From IMG/VR virus record IMGVR_UViG_3300021373_000885: DNA of 20,000 nt; one strand, 5' to 3'. Positions 1 to 8,577 of this stretch are shown piece by piece (positions within the stretch are counted from its first letter, which is position 1; each line of letters starts with the position of its first letter). Below the pieces are notes generated by a model. That model was not told the DNA's origin, did not search any database, and worked only from the letters and a program-made list of their open reading frames with translations. Made by a program: the position numbers and the translations under genes. The DNA comes from an uncultured virus (IMG/VR IMGVR_UViG_3300021373_000885). Taxonomy: Duplodnaviria > Heunggongvirae > Uroviricota > Caudoviricetes.

Positions 1-438
1 GGTAGAGTCCTTATCTGGTACCGGCCATACGTGTGCAATAGGGCCACCTAGCTGTCGATCAATCCAAACCTGTGTAGGTCTACCTTGTGTTAACTTGTTA
101 GGAATACCTGCGTAAACACTCGCACTGGTACGTGTTAAGGGGAGATCTCTTTGTTTGGCTTGCACCCCATCATCTGTACGCAAGTTTATTTCTAAAACGT
201 CTATAGCAGTGCTATTTAGAGAGTAGTCTAAGTCCCCTTTTGCTAGGGTAGTTGTGTCTTCCGCTATAGTCCACAGATTAATACCACGGTTCGCCCACTC
301 AATGGTAAGCAAGTTCATAGATCTTCTAGCTGTTCTTAGGTCATACCCAGAACGCATCTCACGTCCGGCACGTTCCCACGCTTCCTCAGCAATCTCTGGG
401 AAGTCCATGTAAAATGTTGAAGTACCTGATGTAGCCAT
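1..438 (-). CDS. Probable head-tail adaptor / head completion protein (runs off the window edge)
   Basis: Not in the ORF track. ATG at 438 overlaps the upstream stop (TAATG). Open frame MATSGTSTFYMDFPEIAEEAWERAGREMRSGYDLRTARRSMNLLTIEWANRGINLWT...VWPVPD. Position after the capsid cluster and the sequence resemble podovirus adaptor proteins. Confidence 0.6.
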   Translation of the reverse strand, partial: MATSGTSTFYMDFPEIAEEAWERAGREMRSGYDLRTARRSMNLLTIEWANRGINLWTIAEDTTTLAKGDLDYSLNSTAIDVLEINLRTDDGVQAKQRDLPLTRTSASVYAGIPNKLTQGRPTQVWIDRQLGGPIAHVWPVPDKDST

Positions 439-740
439 TACTTACCTCTACGTTTTAGTGACTTGACTCTGCGTGGAGCACCTGCAGGTTGTCCTAAATT
501 TTTCTTTTCTCTTACCTTCTTAGCCTTCTCTGCACTAGACATTTCGCCTGATGTTTTAGGAGTCTTAGAAGATATCCGTTTGCTAGGACGACAGTATGGT
601 GTACCGCGTCCATCGCCTTTCTTTCTACCACAAGGTTTGCCTGTACTAACGTCTTTCCAGTCTTCCTTGAACCAACGTTTTAAGGCAGCGCCCTTCTTAG
701 TTTTACGAACGCCACCTCCAGACTTGTAGTACCTACGCAT
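438..740 (-). CDS. Small basic phage protein (LKRWFKEDW...PYCRP motif; possibly DUF5872-like)
   Basis: 100-aa K/R-rich ORF with TAATG overlaps on both sides. Confidence 0.75.
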   Translation of the reverse strand: MRRYYKSGGGVRKTKKGAALKRWFKEDWKDVSTGKPCGRKKGDGRGTPYCRPSKRISSKTPKTSGEMSSAEKAKKVREKKNLGQPAGAPRRVKSLKRRGK

Positions 741-880
741 TACTTTTTACCCGCTTTCTTCTTACGGCATTTAGCAATAGCGCCGGACGCATACGCAGAA
801 GGAAAGACCTTATATTGAGACTTAACCTTATGGTAGCATGCGTCCTTTACGGAACCACCTTTCTTATAGTATCTGCGCAT
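740..880 (-). CDS. Small basic phage protein, 46 aa (MRRYYKKGGSVKDACYHKVKSQYKVFPSAYASGAIAKCRKKKAGKK)
   Basis: Not in the ORF track. Fills the gap exactly with TAATG overlaps at both ends, and its N-terminus matches that of the next gene (MRRYYKxGGxV). Confidence 0.75.
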   Translation of the reverse strand: MRRYYKKGGSVKDACYHKVKSQYKVFPSAYASGAIAKCRKKKAGKK

Positions 881-1458
881 TATCGCATCTTACACTTACG
901 TACGCCTTTTTTAGCAATGCCCGCACCGCGAACCTTACCACCAGACTTAGCCTTCTTAACCTTACCGCCTTTCTTCATCATAGGCATAGGTGGCTTCTTA
1001 GGGGGCATACCCATACCACCTGCAGCAGCGCCCGGACTAGGCATAGGAGTAGCTGCCTGTGCAGGAGTTGGTGGCTTAGGAGCACTAGTGTTGTTCATAG
1101 CGGCTTCAGGGCCTTTGCTCTTAAATCTTGACCCACCATCTGGACGAGTTTTACCTGCGGCTCGCTCTTGTGCTAGTTGGCGAGGCACAGTTCTATTGAA
1201 CTTCAGTTCATCTGACGCAAACTTATCGCCTTTAGCTTCACGCTTCTTCTTGTTGGCCATGCGTTTATTCAAGTCCATTTTAACTTGTTTTTTGTTTGAC
1301 GCATCAGCGGGATTAGCTATTTTATCCTTACTAGTTACTCGCTTTTTCTTCTTTTTGACATCGCCACCTTTTTTGTAGCCCATCTTATCTTTCGCTTCTT
1401 CAGCGTCTTTCATACCTTGTTTGGTATAAGGGAATTTCTTTCCGCCTACATTTGGCAT
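880..1458 (-). CDS. Basic, low-complexity phage protein with xKxGGxV motifs
   Basis: 192 aa, K/P/M/A-rich, probably disordered. Tightly packed with neighbours in the operon. Confidence 0.75.
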   Translation of the reverse strand: MPNVGGKKFPYTKQGMKDAEEAKDKMGYKKGGDVKKKKKRVTSKDKIANPADASNKKQVKMDLNKRMANKKKREAKGDKFASDELKFNRTVPRQLAQERAAGKTRPDGGSRFKSKGPEAAMNNTSAPKPPTPAQAATPMPSPGAAAGGMGMPPKKPPMPMMKKGGKVKKAKSGGKVRGAGIAKKGVRKCKMR

Positions 1459-1461
1459 TTT

Positions 1462-1788
1462 CTAACACCTCCAGCGCTTCCGCGCTTGTCTTAATCTTGA
1501 ATTAGGGTCTTTTGCAGCTTTTGGAAACTTCTTCATCTGTCCAGCAGAACGTGCACAATATGACTTACGTCTAGACGCTCTCTTTCCAGTTGGCTTCTTC
1601 TCCGTTACTGCAGTTTGTAATTTACTACCGGGGTTATTTCGTCTGTACTTCGCAACACCTTTAGCAGTCATACCAGCACCAGATTTAGTGGGGCGCTTGT
1701 CCCCACTTTTCTGGCTCATACCTTTCATACCGGTACCAACTTTACCGCCTTTCTTGTACTTGTAGCAGACTCCGTAGTCGTTACGCAT
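1462..1788 (-). CDS. Small basic phage protein (RRKSYCAR...DPNSRLRQARKRWRC; DUF6321-like)
   Basis: 108 aa. The C-terminal motif resembles a conserved phage family (recalled, not searched). Confidence 0.7.
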   Translation of the reverse strand: MRNDYGVCYKYKKGGKVGTGMKGMSQKSGDKRPTKSGAGMTAKGVAKYRRNNPGSKLQTAVTEKKPTGKRASRRKSYCARSAGQMKKFPKAAKDPNSRLRQARKRWRC

Positions 1789-2080
1789 AGAACACCACTA
1801 CTTGGACAATACCTGTACCCAACGTAAAGTGTGGGTCAGCTACAGAACGTACGCCATCCGCAGGTATGTTAACTGAGTGAATGTCTGCTGCAGCGAGAAC
1901 CGTCATATCCAAAATAGTTTCGCCACCAGTACCGCCATCTTTAACCACAACAGTGTAAGTATCAGAACCACCATCTGCATGGCTAAGAACTTGTATTTGA
2001 CGTATACGAGCTGGGCCTACGCCCAACGCACCTGTGGCAGTCAGCTTCTTGGCTTTTACATCGGAACTGAATGATCCCAT
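1781..2080 (-). CDS. Hypothetical virion-associated protein (predicted beta-rich)
   Basis: 99 aa, preceded by RBS AGGAGG, located in the structural operon. Confidence 0.7.
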   Translation of the reverse strand: MGSFSSDVKAKKLTATGALGVGPARIRQIQVLSHADGGSDTYTVVVKDGGTGGETILDMTVLAAADIHSVNIPADGVRSVADPHFTLGTGIVQVVVFYA

Positions 2081-2092
2081 GATAGCCTCCTA

Positions 2093-2302
2093 TTAAGATA
2101 ATGCTGCGCCAATAGCAGTTTTCCACGCTGTTCCGTTACTTACAACAACACAGATTTCATCGTCGCCTGAACCATTATCAGTAACAACATACACGGTTCC
2201 TGCTACAACAGAGGTAGCCGCTGGTAAATTAGCAGTAGTTACTGCTGGGATTTGAAAACCCGCGTCCGAACGGACTGGGCCTGAAAATGTAGTCTTAGCC
2301 AT
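2093..2302 (-). CDS. Small putative head fibre / decoration protein
   Basis: 69 aa, A/T/V/G-rich, starts MAKTTFSGPVRS, GAGG RBS upstream. First gene after the capsid terminator. Confidence 0.6.
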   Translation of the reverse strand: MAKTTFSGPVRSDAGFQIPAVTTANLPAATSVVAGTVYVVTDNGSGDDEICVVVSNGTAWKTAIGAALS

Positions 2303-2395
2303 TATATGAGCCTCACATGTGAGTTAAAGTGAACTTGTCTACATGTCGTCTGTCGGGCCAGTCAAGTCCACCGATAAATTTTCCCGATTTGTCAT

Positions 2396-2424
2396 AACTT
2401 ATCACAGTGAAATATAAAAGACAA
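2396..2424 (-). promoter_or_regulatory. Putative sigma70 promoter TTGTCT-17-TAAGTT with extended -10 TG
   Basis: Minus strand: -35 at 2424-2419, -10 at 2401-2396, 17-bp spacer. Lies immediately after the capsid terminator. Confidence 0.5.
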
Positions 2425-2425
2425 T

Positions 2426-2449
2426 AAAAAAGGGAGCCGAAGCTCCCTT
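2426..2449 (-). terminator. Rho-independent terminator after the major capsid gene
   Basis: Minus strand AAGGGAGC-TTCG-GCTCCCTT followed by TTTT; cUUCGg tetraloop. Confidence 0.9.
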
Positions 2450-2465
2450 AGTAACCCAACGCAGA

Positions 2466-3374
2466 TTATGCGCCCGGTGATCCGAAGATCGCCAATGGGT
2501 CAGATACACCGAACGAGTAACGCTCACGAGCCTTATAACGGCTGTTGCCAGTATCGAAATCAGCGTCCATAGAGGTAGCCATTTTCGCACGAACAAAGTG
2601 CTTCAATCCGTTAGGAATATCAGTAGTTAAGAACCACGCATCAGTATCTGTTAGGTAGTGATTGATTGCGTAGCCGCCCGGAATAGAACCATTGTTCGAT
2701 AGGGCATTAACGTCATTGTCAGCAGTACCAACACGACCTTCAGTCTCAAGCAAACGAGTCGCTACAAACTGTAGGTTAGATGGAATAATGAGCTTCTTAG
2801 GCTGTGCAGCAATAAGAAGACCACGCTCATCTGTCCACTGACCAATTTGAATAACAGCCGCTTCCAAAGAAGTTTCGTTAAGGTCAGCCGGAGTAGCAGG
2901 TTCGTTTGAGTTAGTTCCACCATTTACTAGTGGGTGAAGAGTAGAACAAAGCTCTACGCCATCACCGTAAGTAAAGTTGGAATCAAAAGCGTTGTTTAGT
3001 ACAGCAGCAGCTTTAACCTGCTTAGTGTACGCCATAGCGCGAGCCAATGCTTTGGTATAACGAGCAGACAAAGAGTCATACAAGTTATCTTCAATCGCTT
3101 CTTCAGTGATTGCAAAACCCATAGCAACAGTCTCGTGCGTGTAGCGAGCTGTCCACGCTTCTTGCGCGTTGTCATACTCGATTGCCGCACCTTCTGATTT
3201 AGTTGGCGCAGTACCGAATCCTGACAATTTAGTTTCTTCTTCAAAAGAACGGTCAGAGCTTTCAGTCTCGAAAATCTCTTTGTGTTCTTCACCATATTTG
3301 GAATACTCCAAACCAAATAACGCATTCAGTCCGGGGAGTAGTTCCTTTAGCAGTTGTGATCTTGAAATAGCCAT
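2466..3374 (-). CDS. Major capsid protein (HK97 fold, Mu gpT-like family)
   Basis: 302 aa beginning MAISRSQLLKELLPGLNALFGLEY. Follows portal and scaffold, has a GGAG RBS and a terminator downstream. Confidence 0.9.
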   Translation of the reverse strand: MAISRSQLLKELLPGLNALFGLEYSKYGEEHKEIFETESSDRSFEEETKLSGFGTAPTKSEGAAIEYDNAQEAWTARYTHETVAMGFAITEEAIEDNLYDSLSARYTKALARAMAYTKQVKAAAVLNNAFDSNFTYGDGVELCSTLHPLVNGGTNSNEPATPADLNETSLEAAVIQIGQWTDERGLLIAAQPKKLIIPSNLQFVATRLLETEGRVGTADNDVNALSNNGSIPGGYAINHYLTDTDAWFLTTDIPNGLKHFVRAKMATSMDADFDTGNSRYKARERYSFGVSDPLAIFGSPGA

Positions 3375-3386
3375 TAGTTATACTCC

Positions 3387-4058
3387 TTATGCTAGACCGA
3401 GTGAGTTAGTGTAAGAATGTACGCCAACATTATACTTAACCAAAAACTCAGGATAAGCGTCAGTTTCCGTACCCGGAACAACGGCAATAATACGCATTGC
3501 TAGTGTTGAAGTAGCAGCCAAGCTACCACCGTTAGTGCCAACAAGCAAAGCCATGCCTGATTTACCAGTTGCAGTGCTTCCGTCGCCCAATGTAGTTAGA
3601 GCAGCGTTCATGCCCACAGCACCAGCAGCATTAGAGCTGTTGAAAGTACCTAGGGTCTCACTTCCTTGGATTTGGAACACAGTGTTAGGGTCGTCATTTA
3701 CTAAGATTTTAACGTCCGTAGCGCCACCTGAAATTAGGTTAGCTGGAAGATAGTTCTTAAATAAAAGTTGACCTTCTGCACTAATGTAACTACACCCTTG
3801 CATAACACCCATGATACCCGCAGTTGCATCAGTAGTATCTTCACTACCACTATGATCTGACGCTAGGTCAATAGCAACTGGAGTAGTTGTAACACCCGCA
3901 GGTAAACCTGTGGTCGCAAGTTGTACAAGCTGTCCGTTATAGATAGCAGTAGCAACGTTTGCTTTTACGGGATACTCACGAAGAGTACCACCTTGATATG
4001 GCCCCCCACCAATAAGGTTTTTGGGGATTAGGCCGTTTGGAGAAGCTGTAGCAGCCAT
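3387..4058 (-). CDS. Probable capsid decoration / cement protein
   Basis: 223 aa, G/A/T-rich, directly upstream of the capsid gene, AGGAG RBS. Confidence 0.55.
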   Translation of the reverse strand: MAATASPNGLIPKNLIGGGPYQGGTLREYPVKANVATAIYNGQLVQLATTGLPAGVTTTPVAIDLASDHSGSEDTTDATAGIMGVMQGCSYISAEGQLLFKNYLPANLISGGATDVKILVNDDPNTVFQIQGSETLGTFNSSNAAGAVGMNAALTTLGDGSTATGKSGMALLVGTNGGSLAATSTLAMRIIAVVPGTETDAYPEFLVKYNVGVHSYTNSLGLA

Positions 4059-4081
4059 AATAAAACTCCTAAAAAATTAAA

Positions 4082-4528
4082 TTAGCCTTTACCGAAAGTG
4101 ACCTTAGACTTTCTGTCGTTAAACAGAGGCATTCTAGGATCATTTTCCCTCATAAGGTTGTTATCCACTGCGTTCATTTGTGATTTGGTCTGTTGAGCGT
4201 AGTATTCATTACGTTCATTAGCTAACTCAATAGGCGCTTTACACAACATCAAACCACCAATCACAATGTTATCTTTAAATTTATCGTTCTCGATAGTAAC
4301 AAGTGTGATCTCAGGATGATCTGACGCTTTTACAGCAGTCCAACCTTCTCTTAGTTTTGATGAGACATTAGTGGCATCCACTTGTCCCTGATTTGCAACT
4401 CGAATCCAACGATATACATATCCCTCTTCTGGAGTGGGAGACGGTAAAACTTCTGGACGTTTCCATGCAGTTTTACGAGCAGTTTTCTCACGAGTCTCTA
4501 ATTCACGGTTTAGTCTGTTCTCAGCCAT
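4082..4528 (-). CDS. Hypothetical protein of the head module
   Basis: 148 aa between scaffold and capsid genes, TAATG overlap with the scaffold gene. Confidence 0.75.
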   Translation of the reverse strand: MAENRLNRELETREKTARKTAWKRPEVLPSPTPEEGYVYRWIRVANQGQVDATNVSSKLREGWTAVKASDHPEITLVTIENDKFKDNIVIGGLMLCKAPIELANERNEYYAQQTKSQMNAVDNNLMRENDPRMPLFNDRKSKVTFGKG

Positions 4529-5532
4529 TATCTTTCCCTCATCATTTCTTCAGCAACCTTTTTGGCGTATAGTTCAAGCGGTACTCCTAACTTCTTAGCG
4601 ACAGCCACCTGTGAACGCGTTAATTTCACCTTCTTAGGTGATGTGCTCCGCGACGCGGGAGCGACCACATTCGACTTTCGCTTCTTAGTTTCTTGCCCTG
4701 TTTGTTCATCCTCTCCGAAATAGTCCGAAAAAGTAGAACGCATACGAGAGTCAATTCTCTCATAGTATTCATCACTGCTAGGGTCAAGGCCTTCATTTAC
4801 AGCCTTGTTATGTACACCCATAGCGTATGCAGTCATCTCTTCGTCAGAACCAAACCAAGCGTTTTCTTTTGCCCAGTTTGAAGCTCTTTCGTCAGGTTGT
4901 ACTGCCTCTTGTTGACTTTGTACAGGAGTTTCATCTTCTTGTAAAGATATATCATCTAACTTACTAAGTTTGACTTTAGCGTCAGTTAATTTCTCCTGTG
5001 CGTTTAAAACTTTTTCTGCATCTCCAGCATCGTACGCTTTTTTATACGCGAACTTAGCTAGATTAACTTCTTTCTCAGCTTCTTTCTTAGATTGCTCTAA
5101 CAACGCTTCTTGCGTTTTTTGTTTAACTGAATGAAGTTTTTTGTTTTCATCAGCAAGTTGCTTAGCGTACCGCTCAAGTTCTTTACGTTCACGCTCGGCA
5201 GCTTCTTTTGCCCTGCGTTCGTCGTGGTAGCCTTTACTAAAATGCTGGATACGTTTACGAACTTTTTCAGAGTAATTTTCCAACTCTTCTTCCGTAACGT
5301 CTTCTGGTGGGGCTGATGCTTTGCGGTTACGATCAGCTTTAGGCGTATCGTCTACAACTTCGACTTCTACGTCTTCCTTAGCTTCAACCTCAACCTCTAC
5401 TTCTTTTTCTTTGTAGTCATCAGCTTCTTTTTTACCAGACAGGTCAATTTCTACTGCACTGGAATCCTCTATCTCGAGGCCTTTTTCTTCCTTCTCATCA
5501 GGAAACTCAAACTCAACTTTTTGAAAACCCAT
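4528..5532 (-). CDS. Putative capsid scaffolding protein
   Basis: 334 aa with acidic N-terminus, long coiled coil and basic C-terminal helix (LTRSQVAVAKKLGVPLELYAK). Lies between portal and capsid genes. Confidence 0.7.
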   Translation of the reverse strand: MGFQKVEFEFPDEKEEKGLEIEDSSAVEIDLSGKKEADDYKEKEVEVEVEAKEDVEVEVVDDTPKADRNRKASAPPEDVTEEELENYSEKVRKRIQHFSKGYHDERRAKEAAERERKELERYAKQLADENKKLHSVKQKTQEALLEQSKKEAEKEVNLAKFAYKKAYDAGDAEKVLNAQEKLTDAKVKLSKLDDISLQEDETPVQSQQEAVQPDERASNWAKENAWFGSDEEMTAYAMGVHNKAVNEGLDPSSDEYYERIDSRMRSTFSDYFGEDEQTGQETKKRKSNVVAPASRSTSPKKVKLTRSQVAVAKKLGVPLELYAKKVAEEMMRER

Positions 5533-5542
5533 ATTATTCTCC

Positions 5543-5929
5543 TTATGACGCTCGTGCTACTGCACGGGGATCTGGCACTACAGCTTCTACTGAATCATCA
5601 TTCATCAGACGGAACTCTGTGTCACCAATTTTAAAACGCGTGCCAGTATTAGCACGGAACATTACATAATCACCTAACGCACACCAAGGGGTATCAAAAC
5701 GTTCTTTATCAGAATACGCTTCTGTGCCCATATCTATCACTAAACCAATAGTAGATAAGACATGATCTAAGTGTTGCTCTTTGCTAGATTTAATAATACG
5801 GGTGTCACCAAAAGTCTCTTCTACTTTAGGTAAAGCAACAAGTATTCTATACCCAACAGGTTTAGGTAAGCTCTCTTCGAGCTCTTTCTCATTTTCGGGA
5901 TCTCGCTGAACAATTTTTAAATCACTCAT
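5543..5929 (-). CDS. groES: GroES/Cpn10-like co-chaperonin
   Basis: KPVGYRILV...GLVIDMG...GDYVMF...GTRFKIGDTEFRLMNDDSVEAVV follows the Cpn10 pattern. Start reassigned to ATG 5929 using GGAGG at 5936-5940. Confidence 0.85.
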   Translation of the reverse strand: MSDLKIVQRDPENEKELEESLPKPVGYRILVALPKVEETFGDTRIIKSSKEQHLDHVLSTIGLVIDMGTEAYSDKERFDTPWCALGDYVMFRANTGTRFKIGDTEFRLMNDDSVEAVVPDPRAVARAS

Positions 5930-6116
5930 CATCATCCTCCAAATGTGTTTGCATCTCTGCAATAAAGTCTTTCGCAGATTTCAGTCCTCGGATAACCCCC
6001 ACGGTTTCTTTATATTGGGCGTAATCTTTGGCATTACCTGCAGCAAGATAGTATTCAGTGTTTTTAACACCGTCATCTATCTTCTCTATCAGCACGTCTA
6101 AGACGGTAGTAGCCAT
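5922..6116 (-). CDS. Small hypothetical protein downstream of portal
   Basis: 64 aa, helical, translationally coupled to the GroES-like gene. Confidence 0.75.
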   Translation of the reverse strand: MATTVLDVLIEKIDDGVKNTEYYLAAGNAKDYAQYKETVGVIRGLKSAKDFIAEMQTHLEDDDE

Positions 6117-6119
6117 AAG

Positions 6120-8567
6120 TTATTCCTTACGTTGTTTATTCATCGCATCAGACTCAGCCTTCATAAGATCTAAGTCCAGTTTAGTGTTAGCGGTACGTCT
6201 ATCTGCCGCCAGTTTAGCCCCAGCTTTCTGGGCATCAATCTCCAACTCCTGACGTTCAATATCCAGTTGTTGTTGGTCGATTTGGTTATCCATCTGATCT
6301 TTTTGAGCTTTACGTTGTACTTCAGCTTGTTTGATCTGACCCTCAAGTTGGTCTTTTTGAGCTTTAAGCTGCATCTCTTGTTGCTTGAGCTGCATCTCTT
6401 GTTGCTTGAGCTGGATAATAGGATCTTGTGCTTTTGCCTGCGCTTGTTGCGCTGCGGCTTGCTGTTGGTTCTGTGCTGATTGTTGTTGCCCTGCTTCCAT
6501 CGCTAGACGTGATAGTTCCACTTCTATCTCTGGTACCATTTCTTCGTTTGGTAGTGGCAACGGTGCACCTAGTTTCTTCTCTAGCTGTGCTCTGTAACGG
6601 AACCCAACGTGTTCTGCTATATGCGCCTGCAATGCTTGCATCATCTGCTGTGCCGCAGGGGTTTTACCCAATGCACCCACAACCATAGGATCTTGTAAGA
6701 ACGCTTGGTGGGTAGCAATATGAGCTTCATGGTCTTGGTTCAAGAACGCTTTTATGGGGGTGCCCGTTAGCGCGTTCATGTTCTCGCTGATCGGATCTGT
6801 TGGTTTTACATCGTCTTTCGTAGGTACCAACTTGTCCGCGTTTTTCACACCCAACACCTCAATCATCTGACGGTGTAACTGGGGAAGGTTATAAATCTGT
6901 GGTGCTTGCTGTGACATCTGCAATACAGTCTGATACTGAACTACACGCTGTGCCATAGTTGTACTATTAGGGTCACTTACTGGTATCACTTCGACCATCT
7001 CATAGTCTTGTCTACGAGCAGTAACTTCACCCCTAGTAGGTTCGTACCCATATTCCTCTGGCGCATTCTCTGCCATGATCTCTTTGAGCATGCGGAACTC
7101 TAACTTCATCGCATAATGCACACGAGCCTGTACAGCAGCCATAGGCTTCAATGTACGCTCTAATAAAGCTAGTGTAGTACCAACTGGCGCGTTCGCAGAC
7201 ATATCAGAGATGTCCATATCAGCCACTGCACCTAGTTTGCGGCCTTCTGTAGTAATCTGATTAAGTAGCGCTAGTAGGGTTTGGCTAGGCTCTTTATATG
7301 GTAGCGGCATAATGTTGTCACGTATGCTACCTGATGGCACATCTACGTCTTTAAACTCACCCGGCTCGATAGGCTCATCATCACCTTTAATGCGTAAACC
7401 ACGTGATTTTAGACCCCCCGGAAGGTTAGATAGTGTACCAGCGTCCACCAATTGCCGTATAATCGACGTTCCTGCTTTAGCGTACCCACCTATTATATGT
7501 ATCAGTCCAAGGCCGTAGAAGCCAAATCCGGGCACATATACGTAATGTACGAAATGCTGACGTTTCATTTCTAGTTCGTCGTCTTCTTCGTAATTACGTC
7601 TTATAGATAGTAGCTCACCTGTGCTACGCTCGATGGTGACTACGTATGGTTTAGCTAGGTCTTCTTCATCATCAATACCTTCGATGACTAGGTTTGCATG
7701 GATTTCGTATAACGTATAGCGATCATCACTGTTTAACTGATACCCAGCTTCTTCAGCCTTACGCTCTTCAATATCAGTCTGATACGGCGCTGGGTCATCC
7801 ATGTCTATATCAGAATAAAAACCATTAGCCTGCAGTCTACGTAAATCGTTTTTAGTCTTACGCATTACATGAGTTACACGCTCGGCCTCTTCGATGTTAG
7901 ATGCTCCATAAGGCACTATAACGTCTTCTGCTGGGATATAGATAGCACACTGTCTACCCATATTAGGGTCAAAGTAAACCTTCTTAAACGCCGATCCTGC
8001 AAGTCCTAGGCTATATAGCATACGTTCATGCTCCGGACGATACTCCACCATACGATCTGTTAGCTCGTAATTCATGTCTGCTTTTACGCGTTCAGCGGCT
8101 TCTTCTTTCTCACGAGTCTCTTTACCCAAGATTTTTACTTTTACTGGCCCCTGTGCAGGGAATGTTTCTGCCATAGCCTCTGCTTGAAAACGTATTGCAG
8201 CTTCTGCTAATACAGTGGAGTGTACCCCGCAGGCTCCTTCCCACGGTGCGGTACGCTCTTCATACTTAAATCCAAGGATGTCTAATCCCTTTACGTAAGT
8301 ATCAGCCCAGTCCTTACGGCTCTGTATGTCGGATTCTACTAACCCTAATAACTCATCTACAAGGATGTTCTTGTCACGCTCGTCTAGGTCATCCGCTAGA
8401 TTAGCGTCAAATTCTGATTCTTCTTCATCACCCGGCATCAAGATAACTTCAGCACTACCGTCATCTAAAATAACCGCATCAGGGTTTATAATCTCAATCT
8501 CTAACTCTTCCCCTGTTAGGTTCTCACCTTCAGGAGCTTCAGTCTGCAAACTTTTCTCAATAGCCAT
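6120..8567 (-). CDS. Portal protein with Q-rich C-terminal coiled coil
   Basis: 815 aa directly after terL. Size, position and the long Q-rich coiled-coil tail are typical of podovirus portals. Confidence 0.88.
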   Translation of the reverse strand: MAIEKSLQTEAPEGENLTGEELEIEIINPDAVILDDGSAEVILMPGDEEESEFDANLADDLDERDKNILVDELLGLVESDIQSRKDWADTYVKGLDILGFKYEERTAPWEGACGVHSTVLAEAAIRFQAEAMAETFPAQGPVKVKILGKETREKEEAAERVKADMNYELTDRMVEYRPEHERMLYSLGLAGSAFKKVYFDPNMGRQCAIYIPAEDVIVPYGASNIEEAERVTHVMRKTKNDLRRLQANGFYSDIDMDDPAPYQTDIEERKAEEAGYQLNSDDRYTLYEIHANLVIEGIDDEEDLAKPYVVTIERSTGELLSIRRNYEEDDELEMKRQHFVHYVYVPGFGFYGLGLIHIIGGYAKAGTSIIRQLVDAGTLSNLPGGLKSRGLRIKGDDEPIEPGEFKDVDVPSGSIRDNIMPLPYKEPSQTLLALLNQITTEGRKLGAVADMDISDMSANAPVGTTLALLERTLKPMAAVQARVHYAMKLEFRMLKEIMAENAPEEYGYEPTRGEVTARRQDYEMVEVIPVSDPNSTTMAQRVVQYQTVLQMSQQAPQIYNLPQLHRQMIEVLGVKNADKLVPTKDDVKPTDPISENMNALTGTPIKAFLNQDHEAHIATHQAFLQDPMVVGALGKTPAAQQMMQALQAHIAEHVGFRYRAQLEKKLGAPLPLPNEEMVPEIEVELSRLAMEAGQQQSAQNQQQAAAQQAQAKAQDPIIQLKQQEMQLKQQEMQLKAQKDQLEGQIKQAEVQRKAQKDQMDNQIDQQQLDIERQELEIDAQKAGAKLAADRRTANTKLDLDLMKAESDAMNKQRKE
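6367..6413. repeat. 21-bp tandem repeat (about 2.2 copies) encoding QLKQQEM heptads in the portal
   Basis: AGCTGCATCTCTTGTTGCTTG at 6367-6387 and 6388-6408, then a partial copy. Confidence 0.9.
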
Positions 8568-8577
8568 CGTTTAACCT

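Noticed and set aside
463..1378. Plus-strand ORFs 463..729, 815..1378 and 838..1131
   Set aside because: Antisense shadows of the tightly coupled K-rich minus-strand genes; their F/L richness mirrors Lys codons.
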